The translations under genes were made by a program, and so were the position numbers. From a virus, in IMG/VR virus record IMGVR_UViG_3300028666_000002: a stretch of DNA of 64,000 nt; one strand, given 5' to 3'. The notes under the pieces were generated by a model. That model was not told the origin of the DNA. It saw only the letters and a list, made by a program, of their open reading frames with translations, and did not search any database. Below, in pieces: positions 49,603-59,511 of the stretch (position 1 is its first letter; the number at the start of each line of letters is the position of its first letter).

Positions 49603-51375
49603 ATGTCATATCGTAAGGCTAAAACAAGTCCCAAAATGTTTGAGACTGACCAGAAAAAACTTCAATCAATAGTTCTTAAAACAATGAAAAGGGTTAGCGA
49701 CGCTGTTGGAAGTAGTTTAGGACCTTGCGGAAAGTTGACAACGATTGAAAGCGATTATCCTGGAATTAGCAATACGATTACTAAAGATGGTGTAACTATA
49801 TTCAAATCTCTAGGAGATCAAAATGCTTATGCACACCTAATCATTGAAACAGCTAGAGATGTGGCCACCAGAACGGCTTCAGAAGTTGGAGATGGTACTA
49901 CTACGGCTACTATTTTGTCGTATAGTATTATTGAAAATCTTTTCGATTTTTGCGAAAAAAATCCTAAATATAGTCCGCAGAAAGCTACCCGCAGGATTAG
50001 AAAAGTGGTTAACGATATTTTGTTGCCATTTATTGAATCTAAAACCATCAAAATTACGGAAGAAAATAAACAACTACTCAAGATGGTAGCGCAAATCAGC
50101 GCTAATGGCGATTCTGAAATGGCAGATGCAGTAATCAAAGCCTTTGAAGAGATTGGTTTCGGAGAAAGTTCCCACATTACAATTCGACAACTTAGTGGAA
50201 AACCAAATTATGTCGTAGAGAGGATTGATGGATTTCCAATTCCCATAGGGTTTGAGGAATCTATTGGAAAACTACACACAGCTTTTATTAACGATCAAGC
50301 AAACCAACGCGCTTTCCTGGAGAAGCCCCTATTTCTTCTTTATGATGGTCACATTAATGATCTCCTTATGTTTATGCCTTTGCTAGACGGTCTTGGTAAG
50401 AAATATGTAGAGGAAGGGAACTCAGATTACAAGAATCTGGTCATCGTCTGTCATGGATTTAGCGAAAATGTTTTGACACAGCTTGCGTTTAACTTTTCCA
50501 ATCCAAATACCTTGAATGTCTTGCCGTTAATTACACCGATGGCACAATTTTTGAATAGCCAAACACATTTTCTGCACGATCTTGCAGCCTTTACTGGCGC
50601 CAAAGTTTTTGGATTGAGAGAACAGATTGGAAATGCAACTTTGGAAGATTTGGGTAGAGGAATGGAAAGTTTTGAGGCTTATCGCTTTCGAAGCACTGTT
50701 ATTGGCGATCCAGATCCCATGAATGTGGAGGTCAGGGCAGAAGAACTTAAAACAATGATGAAAAATGCCGAAAGTGCGGCAGAAAAAATCATGCTAGAAG
50801 AGCGCTTGGGAAAAATTACCAATGGCATCGCCAAACTTACTATTTTTGGTGGTTCTAACGGAGAGCTAAAAGAGGCTCACGACCGCTGTGAAGATGCTGT
50901 TTGTGCTGTCCGCTCAGCTATTATTCATGGTGCCGTTCCTGGTGGTTGCAGGCTTGCTATTGATATGGTTATGAAACTTTCTTCAGAATTTCCTGAAGGC
51001 GATCCGGCTAGTGAAGTTTTGATAAAAGCTTTACTTGCGCTTCCCCATAAGTTACTTGACAATGCTGGTTACCATAAAGAAGAAATCAATGATATTATGG
51101 CCAGACTTATAGAAGATAGCGAATCCGTATATGATGTTGAAAACCAAGTATTTGGAAAGGCTGAAGAGTTGGGCCTTCTAGATGCAGCAAAGGCAGTATC
51201 AGAATCATTGAGTAATGCAGTTAGTATAGCCAGTGTGCTTGGTACTATGGGCGGAATTGTAGCCTATCCTAGAGATGATGCCTTTGAAAGATCAGAAGCG
51301 CGTGCCGACGCTGAATATGGAAGAGCTGTAGACAACCCGGAACAGTATAAGAACGAAGCCAACGAACGGACGTAA
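49603..51375 (+). CDS. groEL: Phage-encoded group I chaperonin (GroEL/Cpn60-like)
   Basis: SLGP.G, ITKDGVT, GDGTTTAT, ISANGD, ERL..I..GIA, EDA..AVRSA...G.VPGG; no GGM tail. Confidence 0.93.
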   Translation: MSYRKAKTSPKMFETDQKKLQSIVLKTMKRVSDAVGSSLGPCGKLTTIESDYPGISNTITKDGVTIFKSLGDQNAYAHLIIETARDVATRTASEVGDGTTTATILSYSIIENLFDFCEKNPKYSPQKATRRIRKVVNDILLPFIESKTIKITEENKQLLKMVAQISANGDSEMADAVIKAFEEIGFGESSHITIRQLSGKPNYVVERIDGFPIPIGFEESIGKLHTAFINDQANQRAFLEKPLFLLYDGHINDLLMFMPLLDGLGKKYVEEGNSDYKNLVIVCHGFSENVLTQLAFNFSNPNTLNVLPLITPMAQFLNSQTHFLHDLAAFTGAKVFGLREQIGNATLEDLGRGMESFEAYRFRSTVIGDPDPMNVEVRAEELKTMMKNAESAAEKIMLEERLGKITNGIAKLTIFGGSNGELKEAHDRCEDAVCAVRSAIIHGAVPGGCRLAIDMVMKLSSEFPEGDPASEVLIKALLALPHKLLDNAGYHKEEINDIMARLIEDSESVYDVENQVFGKAEELGLLDAAKAVSESLSNAVSIASVLGTMGGIVAYPRDDAFERSEARADAEYGRAVDNPEQYKNEANERT

Positions 51376-51381
51376 TCTTTA

Positions 51382-51576
51382 ATGAATACGATAAGATGGC
51401 TGAAAAGATTAAAATGTAGACTAGGCTATCATGATTACAAAAGGACACCGTATGTTGTATACGATGATCGTTTCGAACCTTCGTGCATAGAATATGAATC
51501 TATGAAATGCCGAAATTGCACTGACGCGGTACTGTATAATGGATTGTTCAAATCTCACAGAATTAGAAAAAACTGA
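51382..51576 (+). CDS. Small Cys/His-containing hypothetical protein
   Basis: LKC.LG.H.Y.....C..C pattern; overlaps the terminase start. Confidence 0.45.
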   Translation: MNTIRWLKRLKCRLGYHDYKRTPYVVYDDRFEPSCIEYESMKCRNCTDAVLYNGLFKSHRIRKN

Positions 51577-54538
51577 ATTCTCTAAAATGATGTTTAGTCA
51601 TCTAAACTCTTCAGAGGATGTAAAAAATTGGGTTAGACTGTTTCTAGACTTGGAAATCCCTCTAGAAATAACTGATCCAGATAGCAATTCTAGTCCATTA
51701 GATGCTATTTGGCAAATCTACAACACTTTCAAAACAAATAGTGGTGATAAAAATCCTGGTTATATACTTATGTCATGTCGAGAAGGCATGAAAACAGTTA
51801 GTGTTGCTATTCTTGAGACTCTTCTTTTGACACACTTTTCCTTAGACATTGGTCACGCCGCCGCCACAGAAGAACAGTCGGCTGTTGCTCTTGGTTATAT
51901 AGATAGTTTTTTAATGAAAATAGAACCATTAATGTTAGTCGCTGGATGGACTAACTTAACTCAGAATAAACGTCTTTTTAAATTTAAAACTCCAGAACAA
52001 AAAAGACCATTCATAAAAATCGTTATTTGTACTCCTAAGGGAATGAACAGTCTTCACTCCAACGTTCTTTTCCTAGACGAGTTGGACTTAGCTGATCCCA
52101 AAGCACTTTCCGAAGGTAAATATATTACCAGTCATAGCAAAGGTATTTATGGTGTAAAGGTATATCTTTCTACTCGTAAATATGCATACGGAAACATGTC
52201 CATCGCCATTGATCGAGCGCCGGACATGAATTATAAGATTATCAACTGGAATATTATAGATATCTGTGAAAGATGTCCTCCAGAGAGACATTTACCAAAT
52301 GGTCCAAAACAAAACGTGTACATTGGTAAAAATTTACCATTAAAAAATTTGACAATAGAAGAATTCAATATTCTTCCAGATATAGAAAAGCCAAAATGGG
52401 ATCTCATAGAAAATGTTCACCAGGGATGTGCAAAATGTCCTCTGTTGCCTGTATGTAAAACGCGATTAGCTAATAAGTCTCCTGAAGCAACTGGAGGTTT
52501 TCATAAACCCATAGTATCCGTTATACAGTCTTTCCTAGAAAATGATCCAGATTCTGCTGAAGCACAGTTAATGTGTTTTGGACCGACAACTCAGATTCTT
52601 ATGTCTGATGGTACATCCAAAAGCATAGAAAATGTCAAAATAGGAGACAGAGTAATCACGCATGTTGGATCATCAAAAAGGGTTATTGAAGTTTTTAAGC
52701 GTAAATATGAAGGCGATGTTTATTTAGTTGACAATGTTAACTGGAAACATTTTGATTCCACTATAGCAACCCCAGAGCACCCGTACTTTATTAATGGAAA
52801 AGAATTTAAAAGTATTTCCAATATTTTACCATTTAAATTTGATCGCTTTGGAGGCCTTAAATCGAAAGGTGATTACGTTTCTTTGCCAATAGAGTATGAG
52901 CCCTATGATTCTACAGAAATTAGATTTAAAGATTTGGTAAACAAGGAAACTAAATCCTTGGGGGGAAAGATTAGACTTAAGCATTCAACGGGACGTTACA
53001 TTCCTGAAAAATTCAATTTAAACTATGATTTTGGGTGGATGATAGGCTATTATGCCGCAGAAGGATATGTTAGTGAACGTACATATTCTAAAGAAAAACG
53101 CTGTACTTCCATTACTTTTTGTTCAGATGTACGAGAGATAGATTACCATGAACGTGTTAGAAAATTTGCCTCTTCGATAGGATTGTCAACATCAGAACTC
53201 GCTTCGAAAAAGGGAAACGGGTATACAATTGATTACTACAATACCACTATTGCTGAATTATTTCTGGCAATGTGTGGACGATATAGTGACAAGAAAAAGT
53301 TTCACCCAAAACTTATGGATGCGAATCTAAATTTCTTGAAGGGAATTCTTGAAGGTTTTGATGCTGGAGATGGCACTAAGAGAAAAAAGCCCTATAAAGA
53401 ACTTACTACCACAAGCTACGATTTGGCATCACAATTGTTTACTATTGCGGCTCGATTAGGACTTTGTCCACGCATAACTAAAAAACCATCCGTTAAGGAT
53501 CGTAAACAAGCTTACCTGGTTCATTATATTGACATGGACCATATATATAAACAAAAGCGAACAAAGTTTAAGTTTGAAAATAAATACAATCAGTATCGTA
53601 TAGATAATCTCTCTACAAAATCATACAATGGGTATGTGTACAATATTGAAGTAGAAAAAGATCACAGCTACATTGCAAATGGCGTCGCGGTACACAATTG
53701 CTGGAAACCCGGCAGTACTGGATTGGTTTATCCTAGATTTAGTAAAACAGAAAATATCATCACATTAAAACAAGCTTGGGAAACTTTATTTGGACCTACA
53801 AACAAAGCCGTTAATGAGCTTATGTTACTTCATGCGATGAAAAATCTTGGAATACTTTTTTATGCTGGAATAGACTGGGGTTATGTTCATGATACGACTT
53901 TTTTGATAGTGGCTATGATTCCAAATGGTGAGGTATGGCTCATGGAAACATACGCTTCTCCAGGATTGGAATTTGCAGATCAACTAGAGGTAGGAAAGGC
54001 TTATAGGGATAAATATACAATACATAAATGGTTTGCCGATACTGCAATGCCCTCTAATCTAAAATCTTTCAATAAAAATGGTATGAAATGTCCTAATTTC
54101 AAAAAAGATGTACTGGGTGGTGTGGAGGCTGTACGGTCGAAGATATCATCTGCAAGTGGAAAAAGATTCTTTAAAATCATACAAAATGAATCCAACAAAA
54201 AAGCTATAACGGCTATTAGTAAACACAGATTTATTTTGGATGGGCAGGGAAATCCTACTATGAACCCGGATGATGAAAGAGGGGTGGCTGATATCTGTGA
54301 CTCCTTACGTTATATCGGTCAAAATTGTTTTCCGGTACGAGGCACCCAAAAACCAGAGGCTGTTTGGATGGATAATCACGGAAAACCTGTAAATCCACAC
54401 GATCCAGAGCAAATGGCCGCAGCGGAAAGGGCTTCAATTCATCAGAATCAAATGAAAGAAGAAATAGCCAAAAGGGTAGGTGGAGAGCCTAATGTGATAT
54501 CGTCTGGAAAAAAAGGTGGGTTCTATTTTACTTTTTGA
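51539..54538 (+). CDS. terL: Terminase large subunit containing an intein
   Basis: Walker A variant SCREGMKT, Walker B LFLDE, LST coupling motif, nuclease AGIDWG ... DICDSLRY; followed by portal. Confidence 0.88.
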   Translation: MDCSNLTELEKTEFSKMMFSHLNSSEDVKNWVRLFLDLEIPLEITDPDSNSSPLDAIWQIYNTFKTNSGDKNPGYILMSCREGMKTVSVAILETLLLTHFSLDIGHAAATEEQSAVALGYIDSFLMKIEPLMLVAGWTNLTQNKRLFKFKTPEQKRPFIKIVICTPKGMNSLHSNVLFLDELDLADPKALSEGKYITSHSKGIYGVKVYLSTRKYAYGNMSIAIDRAPDMNYKIINWNIIDICERCPPERHLPNGPKQNVYIGKNLPLKNLTIEEFNILPDIEKPKWDLIENVHQGCAKCPLLPVCKTRLANKSPEATGGFHKPIVSVIQSFLENDPDSAEAQLMCFGPTTQILMSDGTSKSIENVKIGDRVITHVGSSKRVIEVFKRKYEGDVYLVDNVNWKHFDSTIATPEHPYFINGKEFKSISNILPFKFDRFGGLKSKGDYVSLPIEYEPYDSTEIRFKDLVNKETKSLGGKIRLKHSTGRYIPEKFNLNYDFGWMIGYYAAEGYVSERTYSKEKRCTSITFCSDVREIDYHERVRKFASSIGLSTSELASKKGNGYTIDYYNTTIAELFLAMCGRYSDKKKFHPKLMDANLNFLKGILEGFDAGDGTKRKKPYKELTTTSYDLASQLFTIAARLGLCPRITKKPSVKDRKQAYLVHYIDMDHIYKQKRTKFKFENKYNQYRIDNLSTKSYNGYVYNIEVEKDHSYIANGVAVHNCWKPGSTGLVYPRFSKTENIITLKQAWETLFGPTNKAVNELMLLHAMKNLGILFYAGIDWGYVHDTTFLIVAMIPNGEVWLMETYASPGLEFADQLEVGKAYRDKYTIHKWFADTAMPSNLKSFNKNGMKCPNFKKDVLGGVEAVRSKISSASGKRFFKIIQNESNKKAITAISKHRFILDGQGNPTMNPDDERGVADICDSLRYIGQNCFPVRGTQKPEAVWMDNHGKPVNPHDPEQMAAAERASIHQNQMKEEIAKRVGGEPNVISSGKKGGFYFTF
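52574..53698 (+). mobile_element. Intein (375 aa) with LAGLIDADG homing endonuclease
   Basis: N-terminal CFGPTTQILMSDG, block B ATPEHPYF, MIGYYAAEG and ILEGFDAGDG, block F VYNIEVE..HSY, C-terminal VHN/C. Confidence 0.95.
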
Positions 54539-54574
54539 TATCCATAACTTATAGCGTTTTATTAGTTACAGAGC

Positions 54575-54580
54575 AATCTT
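54575..54580 (+). promoter_or_regulatory. Candidate late-promoter motif AATCTT
   Basis: In the intergenic gap before the head gene cluster. Confidence 0.4.
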
Positions 54581-54609
54581 AATGTAGGACTTTATCAAAA
54601 GGGTAAAAA

Positions 54610-55563
54610 ATGAGCACATTCAGTTTCTTAGTATATCTAAATGCATATTCTGATCGTAAGTCAACAAATTCCCCTGATCGTGGCAATTTTAAGTGGACCA
54701 GGGATGTTAACGGCCTTCCGGTAGGTGGTCCTACTAGCCTAGATTTCGATTTGGCGCCTGGAGAGACCAAAACCCTTGTCAACGGCGCTAGGACCCTTAC
54801 ACAAGACGGTACAACGGAATATAGCATAGCTTTGGCCCCCTTTTCGACTACCACTTACAATTTTTCATGGGTAGGCGGTACAAACCCGACTTTTAGGACT
54901 TCTAGAACGTCTGGCGCAGATGCTACCACTCAAGTAACGGTTACTGTCAATGGAACAGTGGTTACTTTTACCTCTACTGGTGGTACCCCATTAAATTTAA
55001 TCTCTGGTGGTGTTATAGCTGGCGATTACGTCACAATTGGTAATCTTTTCAATAGTTTAAATCAAGGACAATGGCAAATCATTGCCCTTACGGCTACTAG
55101 TTTTAGTGTAGTGAACCCTCAAGGGGTTAACGAAGGTCCAATTACGCTTGGAGCAGGATTTGCCAGTCAAGTTGACATCTATAGTGCGGCTGGGGTGCAA
55201 ATTGGGGATACTCTGCAGATTTTTGGTGGATTTTCACCAGTTACTCAAGGATATTACACAGTTACAGCGGTTACTGATAAATATTTGCAATTCTCTTCTC
55301 TCGGCTTACTTCCGACAGAAGGTCCTGTAACTACTGATGATATTGCTGTTTTCTCTGATGCACAGCGTTTTATCTATTTAGAATCTAACCAACATGTCTC
55401 TATGATAGTTAATAGTATAGCTGGTAATGAAATTAACCCGTTAGCAGACGGTGTTGGTCACAACGCTCCAGGTATATTTTTGAGAACATCGACGGTTTAT
55501 AGTTTGACAGTTACTAATATAAGTGTCAACACTGCTAAATTGTTCTTTGCAGCAGTAAGGTAA
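54610..55563 (+). CDS. Virion structural protein
   Basis: Beta-rich; G..AGDYV.I...F...NQG.W.I...TATSF.V.N module also seen in the baseplate proteins; between terL and portal. Confidence 0.55.
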   Translation: MSTFSFLVYLNAYSDRKSTNSPDRGNFKWTRDVNGLPVGGPTSLDFDLAPGETKTLVNGARTLTQDGTTEYSIALAPFSTTTYNFSWVGGTNPTFRTSRTSGADATTQVTVTVNGTVVTFTSTGGTPLNLISGGVIAGDYVTIGNLFNSLNQGQWQIIALTATSFSVVNPQGVNEGPITLGAGFASQVDIYSAAGVQIGDTLQIFGGFSPVTQGYYTVTAVTDKYLQFSSLGLLPTEGPVTTDDIAVFSDAQRFIYLESNQHVSMIVNSIAGNEINPLADGVGHNAPGIFLRTSTVYSLTVTNISVNTAKLFFAAVR

Positions 55564-55564
55564 T

Positions 55565-57433
55565 ATGAGTGATACCACAAATAACGATATCAGTAAACAA
55601 CTAGCCGATGCGGCGAAAGCTGCTCAGACTATTTCCGAAGCCAATAAAAAGGGCGTTGTTTTCTCTATGGGGCAATCTGCTGACGGTGTTTTAGAAAAAG
55701 CAGGATATGAGCCCACTAATCCCAATTCGCAATTGATGTATACGCTTCAACAGGCGGCTGGAAGTGCTAACAAGAAAGCTCCCAGATTAGCTTTTACTGA
55801 AAATCCAGCACCTACCGATAACTACCTTGGTTTGTATAAGTCCAAAAGACGACTTCTGCCCGATGAAGTTCTTAAGCAGATTCGCCTTCAAGACCATTTA
55901 GTGGCTTCCATCCTACGTGCTCGTGGAAGTACGATGAGCCTTTTTGGCCATCTACGAAAGGATCGTTTTGATGTAGGTGTGGAATTATCGTTAAAACAAG
56001 AATTTTATGATGTTTTGACTCCAGAACAATATGAAAAAGTTACGGAGCGCATGAAAAAGGTCGAACGCCTGATTCTTAATTGCGGCCATACTGCTGGTCT
56101 AGAACACCATGATAAAATGACTTTGGCTCAATTCATGGATATTCAAACCCAGAATGGATTGAACTTCGCAAGATTCGGAACAGAAATAATTTATGATAGA
56201 GAAGCAGAACCAGATGAAGATGGGAACTATCCTTTTCATCGTTTTAGACCGGTAGACGTTGGTACTATTTATAAAACTGTTCGTAAGGGTGAATATATCG
56301 GAAACACCTTGCGAGAAACAGCTATGAAGATGCTGGAAAGCATCACTGGTGATAAACCCAAGATTGATCTACAGAAGTTAAAAGAAGATAAATATGCTTG
56401 GTTGCAAGTTATCGATGGCACTCCACGTCAAGCATTTACTCACAGAGAAATGTTAGTTTACAATCTTTTCCCATGTACTGATATCGAAATGAATGGTTAT
56501 CCAGTGTCTCCTATTGATACTGCGGTTAGCTCCATCACTACCCACATTTCTATTGATGCGTACAAGAAGCTTTACTTCCAAAACGGTAGAGCCACAAAGG
56601 GGATGTTGGTTATTAAATCGGATGAAGTTGATGAATCAGTCCTTAACAACATCAAGCTTCAATTCAATGCTTCTGTAAACAACGTTGCTAATAGCTTCCG
56701 AACGCCCATATTCGGCCTTGGGAAAGAAGACGATATCGATTGGTTGCCATTTGCTGGGGAAGGTCTGCAAGATCGTGAATTTGAATTTATGTACGATCAA
56801 ATTGCTAGAAATATCATGTCCGTATTCAGCATGTCTCCTGATGAACTTCCTGGATATAGTCACCTTTCTCGCGGAACTAACAGCCAAACGCTTTCTGAAT
56901 CAAATAATGAATTTAAACTCACAGCGGCTAGGGATACTGGATTAAGGCCTTTGATTGCAAAGTTTCAGACATTCTTTAATCAATTATTGTTTCCACTCAT
57001 AGATCCGCTGTTGGCCAAAATCTGTGAAATCAAATTCTGTGGAATTGATGCTCAATCCAAAGAACAAGAATCTACGCGTTTACAGCAAGATATGTCTACC
57101 CACATGTCTTACGATGAAGTCTTGAATGCGGTAGACAAAGATGCTGTTGGCGAAATGATGGGCGGCTTGGTTCCGTTCAATGAACGATATCAATTGATTT
57201 TAGACAAATACAAAAACGTTGGCGAGATAATGGGTACGTTTTTGGGCGATGCTTCTGCTATGGTAGACCCATTGCTTAGATATAAGCGTGACCCGTTCTT
57301 TTTGCAATGGCTACAACTTGTAGCTCAAGTTAATCCTGCAGCTGCACAAGCTTATTTCTTGCCACGTCCGTTTGCTATGGATATACTTAAAATGGTAGTC
57401 GCTGATTCATTAGAGGAAGAAGATGAAAAATAG
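55565..57433 (+). CDS. Portal protein
   Basis: GYPVSPI....SI..H......YFQNG..TKGMLVI; D.EF..MYD.IAR.I.SVF.MSPDEL; D.GLRPL. Confidence 0.85.
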   Translation: MSDTTNNDISKQLADAAKAAQTISEANKKGVVFSMGQSADGVLEKAGYEPTNPNSQLMYTLQQAAGSANKKAPRLAFTENPAPTDNYLGLYKSKRRLLPDEVLKQIRLQDHLVASILRARGSTMSLFGHLRKDRFDVGVELSLKQEFYDVLTPEQYEKVTERMKKVERLILNCGHTAGLEHHDKMTLAQFMDIQTQNGLNFARFGTEIIYDREAEPDEDGNYPFHRFRPVDVGTIYKTVRKGEYIGNTLRETAMKMLESITGDKPKIDLQKLKEDKYAWLQVIDGTPRQAFTHREMLVYNLFPCTDIEMNGYPVSPIDTAVSSITTHISIDAYKKLYFQNGRATKGMLVIKSDEVDESVLNNIKLQFNASVNNVANSFRTPIFGLGKEDDIDWLPFAGEGLQDREFEFMYDQIARNIMSVFSMSPDELPGYSHLSRGTNSQTLSESNNEFKLTAARDTGLRPLIAKFQTFFNQLLFPLIDPLLAKICEIKFCGIDAQSKEQESTRLQQDMSTHMSYDEVLNAVDKDAVGEMMGGLVPFNERYQLILDKYKNVGEIMGTFLGDASAMVDPLLRYKRDPFFLQWLQLVAQVNPAAAQAYFLPRPFAMDILKMVVADSLEEEDEK

Positions 57434-58073
57434 TCAATTAAATTACAAAAGCAAATATTTTGAATTGCGTTCCAAGTACATTAATGATTTGGATACCGCT
57501 TTTAGGTTGGGCGTTGAAGAAGGAATGAAAAGCGCTCAACAACAGCAGGCTATGGATGCTCAAGCTCAAGCTCAAGAGGCTCAGATGGCACAAGCTCAGG
57601 CGTTGGCCGGTGGACAGCCTGGAGAACAACCTGGCGGAGAACAGCCAGGTGGAAATGACCAACCGGGCATGGAGAGTCAATCTGAAGAGGGGCAGCCGCA
57701 GCCTGGTATGGAAGGGCAACCTTCTGAACTTGATCAGCATATTGGGAAACTCGAAGGAATGCTTGGTCAAAATACAGATCCTGAAATTCAAAAGAGTTTG
57801 AATGAGATCAAAAACCTCAGAAAGGCAGAGAAGTTTGCTATAGAGATGAAGAAATCAGAAAAAGCCATTGCTGGCATAGCCAAAGCTTTGCATAAGCCAG
57901 GTTTCAAGCTAAACGCATTGGCTCAGCATAATTTGTCTGATACTGCAAAGAAATCTGTCAGCATGCAGCACAAAATCGTCAACGATATTATGGAAAAATG
58001 GCAAAAAGAAGAAAGCAACGCTTCAAAAGATATTACAAATATTCTTAATATTGAAAATCTGATTAAGGAATAA
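57423..58073 (+). CDS. Hypothetical head-associated protein with Q/G/P-rich low-complexity segment
   Basis: AQAQAQ and GGQPGEQPGGEQPGG repeats; follows portal. Confidence 0.55.
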   Translation: MKNSQLNYKSKYFELRSKYINDLDTAFRLGVEEGMKSAQQQQAMDAQAQAQEAQMAQAQALAGGQPGEQPGGEQPGGNDQPGMESQSEEGQPQPGMEGQPSELDQHIGKLEGMLGQNTDPEIQKSLNEIKNLRKAEKFAIEMKKSEKAIAGIAKALHKPGFKLNALAQHNLSDTAKKSVSMQHKIVNDIMEKWQKEESNASKDITNILNIENLIKE

Positions 58074-58077
58074 AAAA

Positions 58078-58839
58078 GTGTTTGGCATTAGTAGTAATGG
58101 TAAGGAAGCTCTAGGCCAAACCGTAGAAGATATCTTCGACCGAATAGCACTTCAGCTATTGGGGAACATCCCTAAGTTACAAAGCAAAAAGCAACTAGTA
58201 CTTTCATATCAGCCTAACTTTGGTCTATCCCATTTGTTCGTACAGGGAATGGCCAACAAAGCTCCTAATGAAATTGAAAAAGATGTACTAAAAAGCATGC
58301 TTGAAAGTGCTTATGGCTATATCGAATCTCTTAAAAACAAGACCAAATCAGACATCACAGAGCAATTAGATGGTCTAGCTAGAGAAGCCCGCCTAGGAAA
58401 AAGAAAGATTTCCAAGGAAGAAGTGCAGTCGATTCTTAATAAAGAATTTAAACGTGCCAAATCCCATATGGCCGCCATTGCAGAGCAAGAAGGAACCAAA
58501 TTTCGTAACCTGGGAAGCATGATGGATATCGCACGAGTTTCATCTTCTTTGGGCGATGCAGATCCTACTGTTTTCTTTGTGGTTGTTAGGGATAATGTCC
58601 TGTGCAATGAATGTCGAAGATTACATTTGATGCCGGATGGCGTTACGCCGCGTCTATATAAACTTTCTGAACTCAAGCAGGGATACCACAAACGTGGTGA
58701 GGACAATCCATCAGCCTTTGGCTTGCATCCCCATTGTAGGTGTACGCTTACGTATTTATCTTCCGGTTTTGGATTTAAAGAAGGCAAGTTAAAGTATCAA
58801 GAAGAAGGATTTGATGCCTATCAAGAACAGAGAACTTAG
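58078..58839 (+). CDS. Head morphogenesis protein (SPP1 gp7 / Mu gpF-like)
   Basis: IAEQE, D..LC.EC..L, LHPHCRCTL. Confidence 0.8.
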   Translation: MFGISSNGKEALGQTVEDIFDRIALQLLGNIPKLQSKKQLVLSYQPNFGLSHLFVQGMANKAPNEIEKDVLKSMLESAYGYIESLKNKTKSDITEQLDGLAREARLGKRKISKEEVQSILNKEFKRAKSHMAAIAEQEGTKFRNLGSMMDIARVSSSLGDADPTVFFVVVRDNVLCNECRRLHLMPDGVTPRLYKLSELKQGYHKRGEDNPSAFGLHPHCRCTLTYLSSGFGFKEGKLKYQEEGFDAYQEQRT

Positions 58840-59024
58840 TCTTTCACGCCCCATTTTTCGTGCATTATAATTACTTTTTCTCCATCTGATGCTATATCAT
58901 TTGCTGGAAATTGATATTGACATTCTTCAGGTTCATTTACTTCAATCATCAAATCTACTTCGGCATCAGGTGGCAATTTTAATTGAAACCATTGCAATCT
59001 TTCAATTAGCTTAGATAGTTTCAT
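58836..59024 (-). CDS. Hypothetical protein
   Basis: MKLSKLIE.LQ...LP.DAEV, a common small phage ORF pattern; GGAG RBS. Confidence 0.55.
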   Translation of the reverse strand: MKLSKLIERLQWFQLKLPPDAEVDLMIEVNEPEECQYQFPANDIASDGEKVIIMHEKWGVKD

Positions 59025-59038
59025 TCACACTCCAAAAA

Positions 59039-59299
59039 TTAATTTCTCGGAAAATAATGGTAATAAACAATCAATCCCCAACTCAGAGCCTCTACAAGAT
59101 AGTTAATCGTCAAAATTAAATCAAAACCATAATTCAAGAATAAGTAAGAATACATAAAGATCGCGCCCAAGAAGATCATCCAGGCGATGGATACCGGCGT
59201 TCCTACACTTTTCCCCGCCTTAAATGTTTGATATGCAGCAGGAACTCCGCAGTATCCAAAACAAAAACCGCCTAAAACTCCCAACAATTTTGTGATCAT
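59039..59299 (-). CDS. PQ-loop / SemiSWEET-like 3-TM membrane protein
   Basis: LG.LGG..F....VPAAYQTFK.GKS.G.....W...LG...MY.Y......D..L.INY; 86 aa. Confidence 0.7.
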   Translation of the reverse strand: MITKLLGVLGGFCFGYCGVPAAYQTFKAGKSVGTPVSIAWMIFLGAIFMYSYLFLNYGFDLILTINYLVEALSWGLIVYYHYFPRN

Positions 59300-59312
59300 A
59301 TATCGCTTCCTG

Positions 59313-59492
59313 TCATCTTAAATTATCTATATCTTCATTTGCAGATATGGTTGTTACTATAAAGAATTCTACAAGTAACACAACAAATATAACCATTGAA
59401 ATCGGATATGTATTAAAAAGCCATCCCAATAAAAGTGGCACCGCGAAGGCACTAACAATAATCAGATGTACTGCCAGAATCTTTTTTAACAT
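59313..59492 (-). CDS. Small 2-TM membrane protein (59 aa, not in ORF track)
   Basis: Hand translation MLKKILAVHLIIVSAFAVPLLLGWLFNTYPISMVIFVVLLVEFFIVTT...; GAGG RBS. Confidence 0.6.
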   Translation of the reverse strand: MLKKILAVHLIIVSAFAVPLLLGWLFNTYPISMVIFVVLLVEFFIVTTISANEDIDNLR

Positions 59493-59511
59493 AACTTTCC
59501 TCTAAAATATT

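Noticed and set aside
51854-51868. CACGCCGCCGCCAC resembling the RNA-family end motif
   Set aside because: Lies in frame within terL (HAAAT) with no partner terminal stem or D-like stem
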